DNA of 64,000 bases. Origin: an uncultured Nitrososphaerota archaeon. Lineage in GTDB: Archaea > Asgardarchaeota > Njordarchaeia > Njordarchaeales > Njordarchaeaceae. Positions 1 through 9,202 of this stretch are shown piece after piece (within the stretch, counting starts at the first letter, position 1; each line of letters opens with the position of its first letter). The DNA lies in the NCBI GenBank assembly GCA_964518475.1, contig CAZFGR010000004.1, forward strand, positions 1-64,000, in the 5' to 3' direction. The notes under the pieces were generated by a model that was not told the origin of the DNA, did not search any database, and saw only the letters and a program-made list of their open reading frames with translations. Position numbers and translations under genes: made by a program.

Positions 1-188
1 CCCTAAAGGCCATGGTCGGGGACGTTATCCATAGTAGGTCCTGGGAGGCGAGAATTTGTGATGCCTTCATCGTAGTCTTATCCTACAATGTGGCCAGGAT
101 CACCGCACTAAGCCCTAATTAAACGGCTGAGAGAGGCTTAGAAGGCTGAACGGGACAAGGGGCAAAAAGATAAATTTGAAACAAAGCC
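1..188 (+). mobile_element. Right end of IS5-family (IS903-group-like) insertion sequence: transposase C-terminus plus terminal inverted repeat
   Basis: Frame 3 (3..122) reads LKAMVGDVIHSRSWEARICDAFIVVLSYNVARITALSPN*, a typical IS5/IS4 DDE transposase tail (K..G..i.SR.w.......l.YN). The reverse complement of 171-188 is GGCTTTGTTTCAAATTTA; its first 9 nt match the IS903 IR start GGCTTTGTT. Confidence 0.75.
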
Positions 189-450
189 TAGTTTTTGGCA
201 ATTATTCTTTCTCATTCTTATTTGTATCATGTGAAGAATTTGGAAGGTCTCCATTAGGAAAGAAAATGTTTGACTAATAATTAACAAGTTCTAAGAAAAT
301 GTGTTAGAAAAAGTGAAAAATTAAAGAGACATAACAAAATTTATTTGTGTGTAGGAAGTTCTTATGTGTTGTTTTCATTTTTGGAGAGAATCAAGAGAAA
401 ATAAATTTATTTAAATGTATAATTTGTGTGTTATTTTTGAGTTGTTAAGG

Positions 451-474
451 AAAACTTATATATGGTTAACCATA
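451..474 (+). promoter_or_regulatory. Putative BRE/TATA promoter of dppA with an overlapping perfect 14-bp palindrome (candidate operator)
   Basis: A-rich BRE-like run, then TTATATA (456-462); TATGGTTAACCATA (461-474) is a perfect palindrome about 45 bp upstream of the ORF. Confidence 0.5.
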
Positions 475-517
475 AAAATATTCAATGAAAACTAGTCTAC
501 CTTTTAAAACTTAATTC

Positions 518-2788
518 TTGGTGAAAAATTTGGCTAGGAAAGAAGCCATAATCGGAGTAATAATAATAGTAATTCTTGTAGCGGCCGGTGTTGGTTATTG
601 GTGGTTAACCAGACCTAAGAAACCAACAATAGCTTTCACGATTTACTACAACACTGGAAACGTTCAGAGAGAAAGAATAGCCGGTTTGCTAGCATCCGAG
701 TGGGGCAAACTAGGTTTCAAAGTAACGGTACAGGGACTTGAGTGGCCAGTACTGCTGGATAAGATTATGAACCCAGAAGAGTTTGATGTATACATTATAG
801 GCTGGGCACCTGACTATATCGACCCAGATAACTATGCACATCCAATGGCTTACGGTGGAACAAGATTTAAGACCCTTGAGATATTTGAAGTGGAATCGGC
901 AGCGGAGATATCGAATTATCTAAAGACTGCATGGGTCTTTGACACACCAAATTATGTCGTTGTTGCTGGGGAAAAAGGTACAGGAGCGACACCTACAGTC
1001 CCAGCTGGAAAGCCTATCCTAGTTGTTCAGTATGAGGTTGATGAGGAGGCCACGTTGCCTCTCAATGAGTCAGTTCCATGGGTTCACATCAATCCAGGAA
1101 TGTACAGAAACGCTACTGGTGACGCTTTAATTCTTGCTGGGGTCAAAGAAACTGACCCAGCCAAGAGAGAGGCAATCTATAACGCTGTTCACCAGTTCAC
1201 CAACCAAATGTTACCGTTGCTCTGGCTAGGTCAGGATATACTACTCCATGGTCAATGGACCTGGGTACAGGGATGGTATTATCATCCAATAATGCCACCT
1301 AGGTATGACTTACTTTGGGAGGACGTGGAGGCACCCGATGTTGAGATAGGTGACCTCGGTGGCGGAGTTGCTGAGACACCCACGGTTACGTACTACAATA
1401 ACGAGAGCGTTATTTCTATAGCTACCTTCGGTTGGCCAGAGAGCTTTGATCCAGCAGCAAGCTACGAGACATTTGGATGGGAGATCTTCTGGGAGACTGG
1501 CACTACTCTAGTTACTTACTGGAGAACATCTACGGAGTACGTAGAGAAGAATCTAGCTATCGCGTGGGCTTACACACCCAATGGTACCGATTACTACTTC
1601 GTAATTCGCGGAGGCGTGAAGGCCTACAACCCATGGGTTGATATTATTAAGAATGATCCAGAATTCGGAGGAACTACCAGTGAGGTATACGACATAAATG
1701 CTACTGACGTCTTATTCAGCTTGTGGAGGATCGCGGAGCTTGAGATGGATCCAAGCTGGATGATCACGGAGTACATAGATGTCAATGCATCAGAGGTGCT
1801 AACAGAGGAGGAGCTAGATGCTCTCCTACAGAGTGGTGAGCTAGTAACAGACTACAAAGGTCAGACCCACGAGCCAGAGAACCTAACAGATTTGCTAGAA
1901 TTCTTCGGCTCTGAAGAACTTGATACTGCTGGAGTAGTTCACATCAAGTTGTATGAGCCATATCCAGCTATTCTACCAATCCTAGCAGATGGTTTCGTAA
2001 TCGTAGTTCCAATGAAGTATGTGTTTGACGCTGCTAAGTGGGACTACGCTCAAGCACTTGAGGATATTCAGTACGGAAAGAACCCAGAAGGTTTCGCTAA
2101 CTGGATCTTCGGAGAAGAAGGTGATAACGAGACATCCCATAGACTGCTACACAAATATCCCGTGGCTACTGGTCCATTCTACGTATATGATTACATGGAG
2201 AACCAATGGATTATCTTGAAGAAGAATCCGTACTACTGGAACCAGACATTATACGACGAGAACCCCAACTATGGTACGATTGAGTATGTTATCTACGCTA
2301 TCCACAGCGAAGCCGAGCCCAGAATAGCAATGTACACTACAGGTGCCTCTGACTTCTGTGCTGTGCCTCTGGAGAGGATTGAGGACGTTAACGGAACAAC
2401 TTACCCAGGTACTAACTATGAGATATTAATCGAGAAGAATCCTGATTACTTGACATACGACATAGTATTCATCGTATGGAACACCTACAAGTTCCCATTC
2501 AATAATCCGCTAGTCAGAAAGGCCTTAGCATACGCTACCCCATACGAGACAATCTACAAAGAGATCTACAACGACCTTCTAGTGCCACTATACGGAGTTA
2601 TTCCAAAGGGCATGCCTGGCTGGACAGACTATAACATCGAGCACTATACATACGATCTAGACAAAGCTAGAGAGTTAATAGAGCAATCAGGAATCTTCGC
2701 ACCCCAGACCACTGCAGCTTACCTACCAGCACCATTCGCATTCATCGCCCTACCGATCACACTATACCTGGATGACGAAGAAGAATAA
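518..2788 (+). CDS. dppA: Peptide ABC transporter substrate-binding protein (family 5), apparently circularly permuted
   Basis: N-terminal TM anchor; family-5 motifs PESFDPA, ATGPF, PFNNPLVRKALAYA, YDLDKARELI, IGWAPDYIDPDNY, ETDPAKREAIY; dppBCDF downstream. Confidence 0.9.
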   Translation: MVKNLARKEAIIGVIIIVILVAAGVGYWWLTRPKKPTIAFTIYYNTGNVQRERIAGLLASEWGKLGFKVTVQGLEWPVLLDKIMNPEEFDVYIIGWAPDYIDPDNYAHPMAYGGTRFKTLEIFEVESAAEISNYLKTAWVFDTPNYVVVAGEKGTGATPTVPAGKPILVVQYEVDEEATLPLNESVPWVHINPGMYRNATGDALILAGVKETDPAKREAIYNAVHQFTNQMLPLLWLGQDILLHGQWTWVQGWYYHPIMPPRYDLLWEDVEAPDVEIGDLGGGVAETPTVTYYNNESVISIATFGWPESFDPAASYETFGWEIFWETGTTLVTYWRTSTEYVEKNLAIAWAYTPNGTDYYFVIRGGVKAYNPWVDIIKNDPEFGGTTSEVYDINATDVLFSLWRIAELEMDPSWMITEYIDVNASEVLTEEELDALLQSGELVTDYKGQTHEPENLTDLLEFFGSEELDTAGVVHIKLYEPYPAILPILADGFVIVVPMKYVFDAAKWDYAQALEDIQYGKNPEGFANWIFGEEGDNETSHRLLHKYPVATGPFYVYDYMENQWIILKKNPYYWNQTLYDENPNYGTIEYVIYAIHSEAEPRIAMYTTGASDFCAVPLERIEDVNGTTYPGTNYEILIEKNPDYLTYDIVFIVWNTYKFPFNNPLVRKALAYATPYETIYKEIYNDLLVPLYGVIPKGMPGWTDYNIEHYTYDLDKARELIEQSGIFAPQTTAAYLPAPFAFIALPITLYLDDEEE

Positions 2789-2798
2789 TCTTCCTTCA

Positions 2799-3548
2799 TT
2801 ACTTCCATTTTTGTTTAATTTCTATTTCTTTCTTTTTTGTGAGTAGTAAGAATCCGAGAGCAATTATTATGGGCCCGATGCCAAGGCCTCCTAACGTCAT
2901 TTCTATCAATTCTATGCATCCTCCGATGATTAATAATATAGCTCCTGTCTTCATGTATTGGAGTAGCTCACTTTCTTCTATCAAGTATCTCAGGGATATA
3001 CCCTTTACGAGGATCACTAAAGTTAAAAGCACTTGGTCTACAAAGATTAATTCTTCTAGGATATATGGTATCTTAAGTTGAATAATTGTATTTTCCGATT
3101 GAATAGCTGCTTCTAATTGTTCTTTAAGAATATGGGCTATCGCTGGCAATATCGAAAGGAGATAGATAACGATTAGTAATGATAGAATCAGCAGAATAGA
3201 GGAGGTTATGGAGAGAATAAAACCTGCTCTCGTTTCTAGGATGCGTCCTAGCTTCTTAATGGAATTTGCGGAGAGGAGCAACGCTAATGCTAGAAAGAAT
3301 AGTGAGCAAAAGAAAGTAATTGAGTGAACTAGGAAATTTTCGACAATTATCTCGATTAATCGGGAGGCAGCCTCTTTTTGCGCTTGTAAAAGTAGGTTTT
3401 GGAATTCGTCTACTGCTTTTTCAAAAAGTATGAGGGTATATATGGGGGCTACGAGGTACAATATATAGAAACCAGTTACTATTTTGAAGCGAGAGGAGAT
3501 CTCATCAAAGAGGCGTAGGTATTGGCTAAGCGTAGTTTCTTCATTCAC
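2799..3548 (-). CDS. Multi-pass membrane protein (possibly DUF973/DUF996-like)
   Basis: About 6 hydrophobic helices; C-terminal KTGAILLIIGG motif; overlaps the upstream ORF by 4 bp. Confidence 0.6.
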   Translation of the reverse strand: MNEETTLSQYLRLFDEISSRFKIVTGFYILYLVAPIYTLILFEKAVDEFQNLLLQAQKEAASRLIEIIVENFLVHSITFFCSLFFLALALLLSANSIKKLGRILETRAGFILSITSSILLILSLLIVIYLLSILPAIAHILKEQLEAAIQSENTIIQLKIPYILEELIFVDQVLLTLVILVKGISLRYLIEESELLQYMKTGAILLIIGGCIELIEMTLGGLGIGPIIIALGFLLLTKKKEIEIKQKWK

Positions 3549-4243
3549 GGTTCTTTCTCTCCTTTAATAATGTTTTCATAGAGTTCTTTAGCTTGTGGGA
3601 AATGATTAATTACCCAATCATATGTGAGACTTTCCTGTAGTCTCCAAGCTATTTCGAAAATCTTTAAATTGTCTGTGATTACTAGGGGGTAATAGGCTCT
3701 CTCGGAGGAGATTAATCTAATATCGTTCCTATCTGTTATATTAAGACCATTTCTGATTAGGTTCTTTAGGAATAGTGCGATGGCGTAGGGATGAGCCTCC
3801 GTTCTGCCTAGAAAGTATCGGAAGATGGGTGCTTTTCTCTCAATTAATCTTCTTGTTGGAATGAATATTGCCCTATACCTTTGCCAATCAATATTTAGCT
3901 GTAGCTCTTCTCTAAAACTTGATTGGGAAGCCTCTAATAATTCCTCGACTTTGTCAAAAGCTTGTTTTATTATCTCAATTATTGAAGGACCATCTAGTGC
4001 TGGTTTTAGAAAAATACCCTTGCCTAATATCTGTTCTTCAGAAAGTCTCATAAGACTAGTTTTTCTAGCTAACAATATTGCTGTTATAGGATCATTGCAT
4101 ATGGCTGGTAAGAGAGCATCCACTAGGATATCATTCCTTTTTTTGCGAGTTTCGTAAATTATTCTTATATACGGTTGCCAGATAAGGACTCCTTGCTCTA
4201 GGATTATTTCGCTCATTTTCTTGGGAACAGCATAATATACCAA
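3545..4243 (-). CDS. Hypothetical protein
   Basis: 232-aa ORF coupled to the downstream membrane gene; no family recognised. Confidence 0.65.
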   Translation of the reverse strand: MVYYAVPKKMSEIILEQGVLIWQPYIRIIYETRKKRNDILVDALLPAICNDPITAILLARKTSLMRLSEEQILGKGIFLKPALDGPSIIEIIKQAFDKVEELLEASQSSFREELQLNIDWQRYRAIFIPTRRLIERKAPIFRYFLGRTEAHPYAIALFLKNLIRNGLNITDRNDIRLISSERAYYPLVITDNLKIFEIAWRLQESLTYDWVINHFPQAKELYENIIKGEKEP

Positions 4244-4326
4244 GGCTTAACACCAATTATTACATGGCACTTAAATAATTATACACTTCCTTAATAAGAG
4301 GTATTAGTTTTACTAAAGAGAAAAGA

Positions 4327-7155
4327 GTGACAATAATGTTAAGGCTTGTTTTTAAAAGAGGACTCTTCGTTCCTCTCTTTCTAACAGTTTGTCTTGTCTC
4401 AACAATCATGCTGAGCGTATTATTGATGAGCGAATATGTGGCTTATGCCCAACTGACTGATAGTCTGGATAGGGCACTTATTGATGCGAAAATGATCATT
4501 AGGACAACGAATTTTAAACCCTATAAGCAATTATACGCTGATATATATTCATTGCCAGAGGTTTCTTGGGAGGGTCTATTCTTTAGCCGTGAAGAACTTG
4601 AAATAATCATTCAGAAGGAGAAACTTTCATTCTATCCAAAAACTATGGGTAAGGAACTACTGTTGCTAGGTATGAATAGTTCTGAATGGGTAAATAACAT
4701 AAGTATTTTAGAGGGAGTTTTTCCCAATAGTATAAATGAAGTAGCTGTAGATCCAGCCTTAGCAGCTCTTCTTAATATCTCTGTTGGTGATAGAATACTG
4801 GTTACAATGATTTATGGAAACGCATCTATGGAGTTTGTTGTATCTGGAATCATCAAGCTGAGCGGCTTACTTTCGAAGATAATTTATAATGACTATCCAA
4901 TACAATACCGCATCCCTCTAACGAGCTTGAACACTTCTCGAGAATATTTAGGGATTTGTATTTTTAGCCTAGAGAGTATGGTTAGCAGTGAGGGCATAGG
5001 AGGGCTCTTTCCCGGCCTACCCGTGTATGTTATGAAGTTTAATAGAAGATTCTTCTTTGATCCTTGGAATCCAGACAGGATATTACGAGGAATCAAAAAC
5101 ATTGAGGGTAAAATAGTTGATAAGGCACTAAAGTACGTGGGAATCACACAGATAACCTTTTATAACTACGCAAAAACTGTTGTTGAGGATTACTTGGCTT
5201 GGCCTTCAGCTTTTAGACTACAATTAACCTATGCGATTCTCTTAGTAATATTCGCTGGAGGTTTATACTCGATAATAATCGGTTGGATATTTCTTAATGC
5301 TCGTAGAAAAGAGATAGCATTACTCAGGATCCGTGGTTTCTCTGATCGTCAAATAGGTATTTTATTAGTCTTGGAATACTTCTTTGTTAGCATTATTGGT
5401 GGCTTGTTAGGGCTGGGATTGTCCACTCTTATAGCTTGCATAGCCCCCAAGTTCTTCCTTCCATACTTCTCATCGCGATATGATCCGGTTCCATTAATTC
5501 TTTCTAGTACTCCGAATTATCTCTCAGCCGCGATTATATACTCTCTCATCTTAGGTTTCTTAGCAGTTATACCCTCATCTATTCAAGCGCTTAAGATAAA
5601 CGTGATGGAGGGTCTTTCTGAGTACTTAGAAGAGATCGAGAAAGAGAAGCTATCCAGCTGGATCCTTATTGGACTAATTGTAGGAATAGGGAGTTTTATC
5701 GAAGTTCTTTGGGATTTGCCAGTGTTTAAGCTAGCTCTAAATAACCTAATGCGATCAGCAACTGCGTTACTACAAGTATTCGGTTTTATTATCTTTGTTA
5801 CCGATTCAGTGATTCTATCTACCGGTCCATTTCTTCTCGCATATAGCCTGAGTATGGTCGTTTCTCACTATTCTTCTAGAATGGAAGGTCTTCTCTCCAA
5901 GTTATCCTCTCTCATAATTCCAAAGAATATTTCTGATACAGCGGTAAAACATTTTACAAGAAGACCCTCTAGGATTTCTAGAATGATATTCATTACGGCA
6001 ATAGTACTCGCACTTCTAATAGAGGCAGGATTAAATTCTTCAATAACTATATCATCCCTTAAGAAACAGACACAATTATTTGTGGGTGCTGACTGTAGAG
6101 TAGACATCATTAGGTATACCCAACCTATAAGCTCTTCCCAACTAGAACTATTAATCAAAGGTTTAGAGAATCAAGCTAAGGTATCGGAGGCGTCAGAGGC
6201 TTGGGGCTCTACACGATTCATTGGAAGATCGCTCTATATAAAAGTGATAGGCGTTGACGAAGAATATTTCTCAGTAGCTTTTATGGATGAAAATTACTTC
6301 GTAGGGGTAGACCTAAAAAGTGTTTATGAGTCTCTCTTCATTAAAAGAGAAGCCCTTCTCAGCATCTCTGCGCATGATAGTTTAGGGATAAATATTGGAG
6401 ATAATCTATCAGTAGTCGTTTCAGCCAGATACGGCTTTACTAAAAAACTAATACGAGTCAGAGTAGCAGGTTTTATTTCTTTTCTCCCAGGACTTCTTTT
6501 CGATATCTATGACGCCCAAAAAGCAGATTATGTAATAATGCTCGTAAGTAGGAACATTATAAAGGATATCTTACCATTGCCGAGTAAAATCTTAATAGAC
6601 TTGCCTCACGAAACAGATCACTACTCATTTGGTGAAAAACTAGCATCCCTCTTAGGCGAGAATGGAATTCTAGCAACAATTTATCCGTACCAAACAGTGC
6701 TGAAACTTGCATTAGAAAATTCCCTACCAGGGATCATCGCAACAATATATAGACTAGAGTTCTTGGAGCTAATAGCGCTTACTGGATTCGGAATATATCT
6801 AATCTTCGTCTCAGAATACATAGCTAGGAGAAGAGAATTCGCATTGCTTTGGGCTAGAGGAATTAAAAGAGAAGAAATAGCATCCATAGCTACTGTAGAA
6901 GCGTTTCTCACAGCGATGTTTTCAATGATTGTTGGCTTTATTATTGCTTATGATTTTAGCACATCATTGGCAAAATTTGTTAACATTGGTTTGATAGGGT
7001 TCCTGAAACCACCAGAGCCCATAGGTGCTGTTCTTCCAATAGACCTCATATGGGTGGTAGCGGCTCAAATAGTAATTATCTATATCGCAGCAAAAGTAGC
7101 AATGCGGTATGCTCTTCGGTACAATTTTGCTCAGCAACTCCGTATACATTACTAA
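4327..7155 (+). CDS. ABC permease, FtsX/MacB/SalY family (two repeat halves)
   Basis: Two copies of the RRKEIALLRIRG / RRREFALLWARG motif, two large extracytoplasmic domains, multiple TM helices. Confidence 0.9.
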   Translation: MTIMLRLVFKRGLFVPLFLTVCLVSTIMLSVLLMSEYVAYAQLTDSLDRALIDAKMIIRTTNFKPYKQLYADIYSLPEVSWEGLFFSREELEIIIQKEKLSFYPKTMGKELLLLGMNSSEWVNNISILEGVFPNSINEVAVDPALAALLNISVGDRILVTMIYGNASMEFVVSGIIKLSGLLSKIIYNDYPIQYRIPLTSLNTSREYLGICIFSLESMVSSEGIGGLFPGLPVYVMKFNRRFFFDPWNPDRILRGIKNIEGKIVDKALKYVGITQITFYNYAKTVVEDYLAWPSAFRLQLTYAILLVIFAGGLYSIIIGWIFLNARRKEIALLRIRGFSDRQIGILLVLEYFFVSIIGGLLGLGLSTLIACIAPKFFLPYFSSRYDPVPLILSSTPNYLSAAIIYSLILGFLAVIPSSIQALKINVMEGLSEYLEEIEKEKLSSWILIGLIVGIGSFIEVLWDLPVFKLALNNLMRSATALLQVFGFIIFVTDSVILSTGPFLLAYSLSMVVSHYSSRMEGLLSKLSSLIIPKNISDTAVKHFTRRPSRISRMIFITAIVLALLIEAGLNSSITISSLKKQTQLFVGADCRVDIIRYTQPISSSQLELLIKGLENQAKVSEASEAWGSTRFIGRSLYIKVIGVDEEYFSVAFMDENYFVGVDLKSVYESLFIKREALLSISAHDSLGINIGDNLSVVVSARYGFTKKLIRVRVAGFISFLPGLLFDIYDAQKADYVIMLVSRNIIKDILPLPSKILIDLPHETDHYSFGEKLASLLGENGILATIYPYQTVLKLALENSLPGIIATIYRLEFLELIALTGFGIYLIFVSEYIARRREFALLWARGIKREEIASIATVEAFLTAMFSMIVGFIIAYDFSTSLAKFVNIGLIGFLKPPEPIGAVLPIDLIWVVAAQIVIIYIAAKVAMRYALRYNFAQQLRIHY

Positions 7156-8048
7156 ATAGACATTCTCCTTAATTCTTTCTCAATCCTATTTAGCTCATTC
7201 TTTAACTCGGTATATCTCTCGACGAGTTGATCAAGAGATAATAAACCGTTACGATAATCGTTTTCAAGCTTCTTTATTTCTTCCAAAATGATTTTTCTCC
7301 TTTCCTCAAGGCTTGTTAGTAGCTCGTCAGTATCTGAAAATAGAAGTTTAGTAATATCTCTTTCTGCAGGAGTCACGGTCTCTAATATTCGACCATCACG
7401 CATTATACTAATCCTATCAGCATAGGTAACCATAGAGATATCATGAGTAACCATGATAATTGTCTTATTTAATTCTCGGTGAAGATCCCTAAATAATCTG
7501 ACAATCTGTCTTCCCGTCACATAATCTAGCTCTCCAGTTGGTTCATCAGCTAAAATAAGAGGCGGATCATTAGCAAGTGCTACAGCGATAGCCACTCTCT
7601 GTTGTTCTCCTCCCGACAACTCATGGGGCTTATTATATAGCTTATCTCCGAGACCTACTAAGTTAAGGAGTTCACGTGCTCTTTTAATCCGTTCTTCACG
7701 TGGAATACCAATAGCAGCCATTGGGAGTTCTACATTTTCCAGTGCCGTAAGGTATGGGATAAGATTAAAGAGCTGAAAAACGAAACCAACGCGTTTTCTG
7801 CGATACTCAATTCTTCTCTTCTCGGTGTATTTAGTTATGTCTTCCCCGTCAACGAGGATTATACCCGCATCTGGAGTGTCGATGGCTCCAATACAATTCA
7901 GTAATGTAGTCTTTCCACTTCCAGAAGGACCTGCAATTACCCTGAACTCGCCTTCCCGAACTTTCATAGTTAATTCTCTCAGAGCTACAGTTTCCGAAGA
8001 ACCTGTTTTATAAATTTTGATTAATTTTTCGCAGATAACAAAAGCCAT
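7152..8048 (-). CDS. ABC ATP-binding protein, LolD/MacB family, with C-terminal helical extension
   Basis: Walker A GPSGSGKT, GFVFQLFNL, LSGGEQQR, ILADEPTG, VTHD. Confidence 0.93.
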   Translation of the reverse strand: MAFVICEKLIKIYKTGSSETVALRELTMKVREGEFRVIAGPSGSGKTTLLNCIGAIDTPDAGIILVDGEDITKYTEKRRIEYRRKRVGFVFQLFNLIPYLTALENVELPMAAIGIPREERIKRARELLNLVGLGDKLYNKPHELSGGEQQRVAIAVALANDPPLILADEPTGELDYVTGRQIVRLFRDLHRELNKTIIMVTHDISMVTYADRISIMRDGRILETVTPAERDITKLLFSDTDELLTSLEERRKIILEEIKKLENDYRNGLLSLDQLVERYTELKNELNRIEKELRRMSI

Positions 8049-8111
8049 TTGGCGAGCCTCGTACAGGAGTATGGGATGGAGAGATATTTTGAGGATAATT
8101 TTATAGCGTAT

Positions 8112-8145
8112 CTAGATTAGATTTAAAACTAGATTAGATTTAAAA
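8112..8145. repeat. 17-bp perfect tandem duplication in a divergent promoter region
   Basis: CTAGATTAGATTTAAAA at 8112-8128 and again at 8129-8145. Confidence 0.85.
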
Positions 8146-8191
8146 AATATGATATTATTATAAAGCTTTCAGGTATTAACGAGGTACCTTC

Positions 8192-9190
8192 ATGGCGGGT
8201 CTTGGCCGTTATCTCGTAAGAAGAGCCTTAACGTTTATTCCAACAGTATTTGGTGTTGTATTTCTAGCTTTTACTATAGCGTTTGTGATGCCAGCGGATC
8301 CGGCTAGGACATGGGCGGGTGGACAAAAAGCTAGTCCAGAAGTTGTTCAGCACATTAAAGAGATGTATCACCTAGATGACCCGTTCTGGATTCAATTTTA
8401 CTTCTTCCTCAAAAATATACTGACTAACAAAATATACTCTCCAGTAACTCATAACAGTGTATGGTACGAATTCTCGCGGAGATTTCCGATAACTCTTAAC
8501 CTAGCCGTCATGTCGATGTTTATGATAGTTGCGATGGGCATTCCGCTGGGAATCATAGCTGCTCTGAAGAAAGATACTGCAATCGATAATGCTGTGAGAG
8601 TATTAGCCCTTATAGGTTACAGCACACCGAGCTTCTGGATAGCTTTCATCTTCATGTGGATATTCTATAATAGGCTGGGATGGATGACCCTAGTAGGACT
8701 TCCCAGACCCTCTGAAGTGATTACTGGTATATATACTCTCGATGCATTGATTTTGGGAGAATGGGATATCTTCATTGCTATTTTGAGACGATTATTGCTC
8801 CCAGCATTCATTCTTGCATTCATCTCTGTGGGAGGACTAGCTAGATATGTGAGAAACTCCATGCTTGACGTATTATCAGCGGATTTCATATGGTTTGGAA
8901 GAGCAAAGGGGCTTCCTCCATTTAGACTCTGGAGACACGCACTTAAGAACTCGTTGATCCCGGTCATCACCGTTATTTTCTTTATGTTTGGTGGTTTATT
9001 AAGCGGAGCGGTAATAACTGAGACGGTGTTTAACATTCCAGGACTTGGTGTTCTATATTACGCATCAATAAGAAACCTGGACATTCCAGTCATTGTCATG
9101 ACAACTCTTTTCGCGGGCGTGATAATAGTAGTAATAAGCTTGATAGTTGATATTCTATACGCTATGATAGATCCGCGAATAAGGTTCTAG
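8192..9190 (+). CDS. dppB: Peptide ABC transporter permease
   Basis: RYLVRR start, PADPA, EAA-loop variant GRAKGL, HALKNSLIP, GAVITETVF, LYAMIDPRIR. Confidence 0.93.
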   Translation: MAGLGRYLVRRALTFIPTVFGVVFLAFTIAFVMPADPARTWAGGQKASPEVVQHIKEMYHLDDPFWIQFYFFLKNILTNKIYSPVTHNSVWYEFSRRFPITLNLAVMSMFMIVAMGIPLGIIAALKKDTAIDNAVRVLALIGYSTPSFWIAFIFMWIFYNRLGWMTLVGLPRPSEVITGIYTLDALILGEWDIFIAILRRLLLPAFILAFISVGGLARYVRNSMLDVLSADFIWFGRAKGLPPFRLWRHALKNSLIPVITVIFFMFGGLLSGAVITETVFNIPGLGVLYYASIRNLDIPVIVMTTLFAGVIIVVISLIVDILYAMIDPRIRF

Positions 9191-9202
9191 GAGGCCTTCT
9201 AA

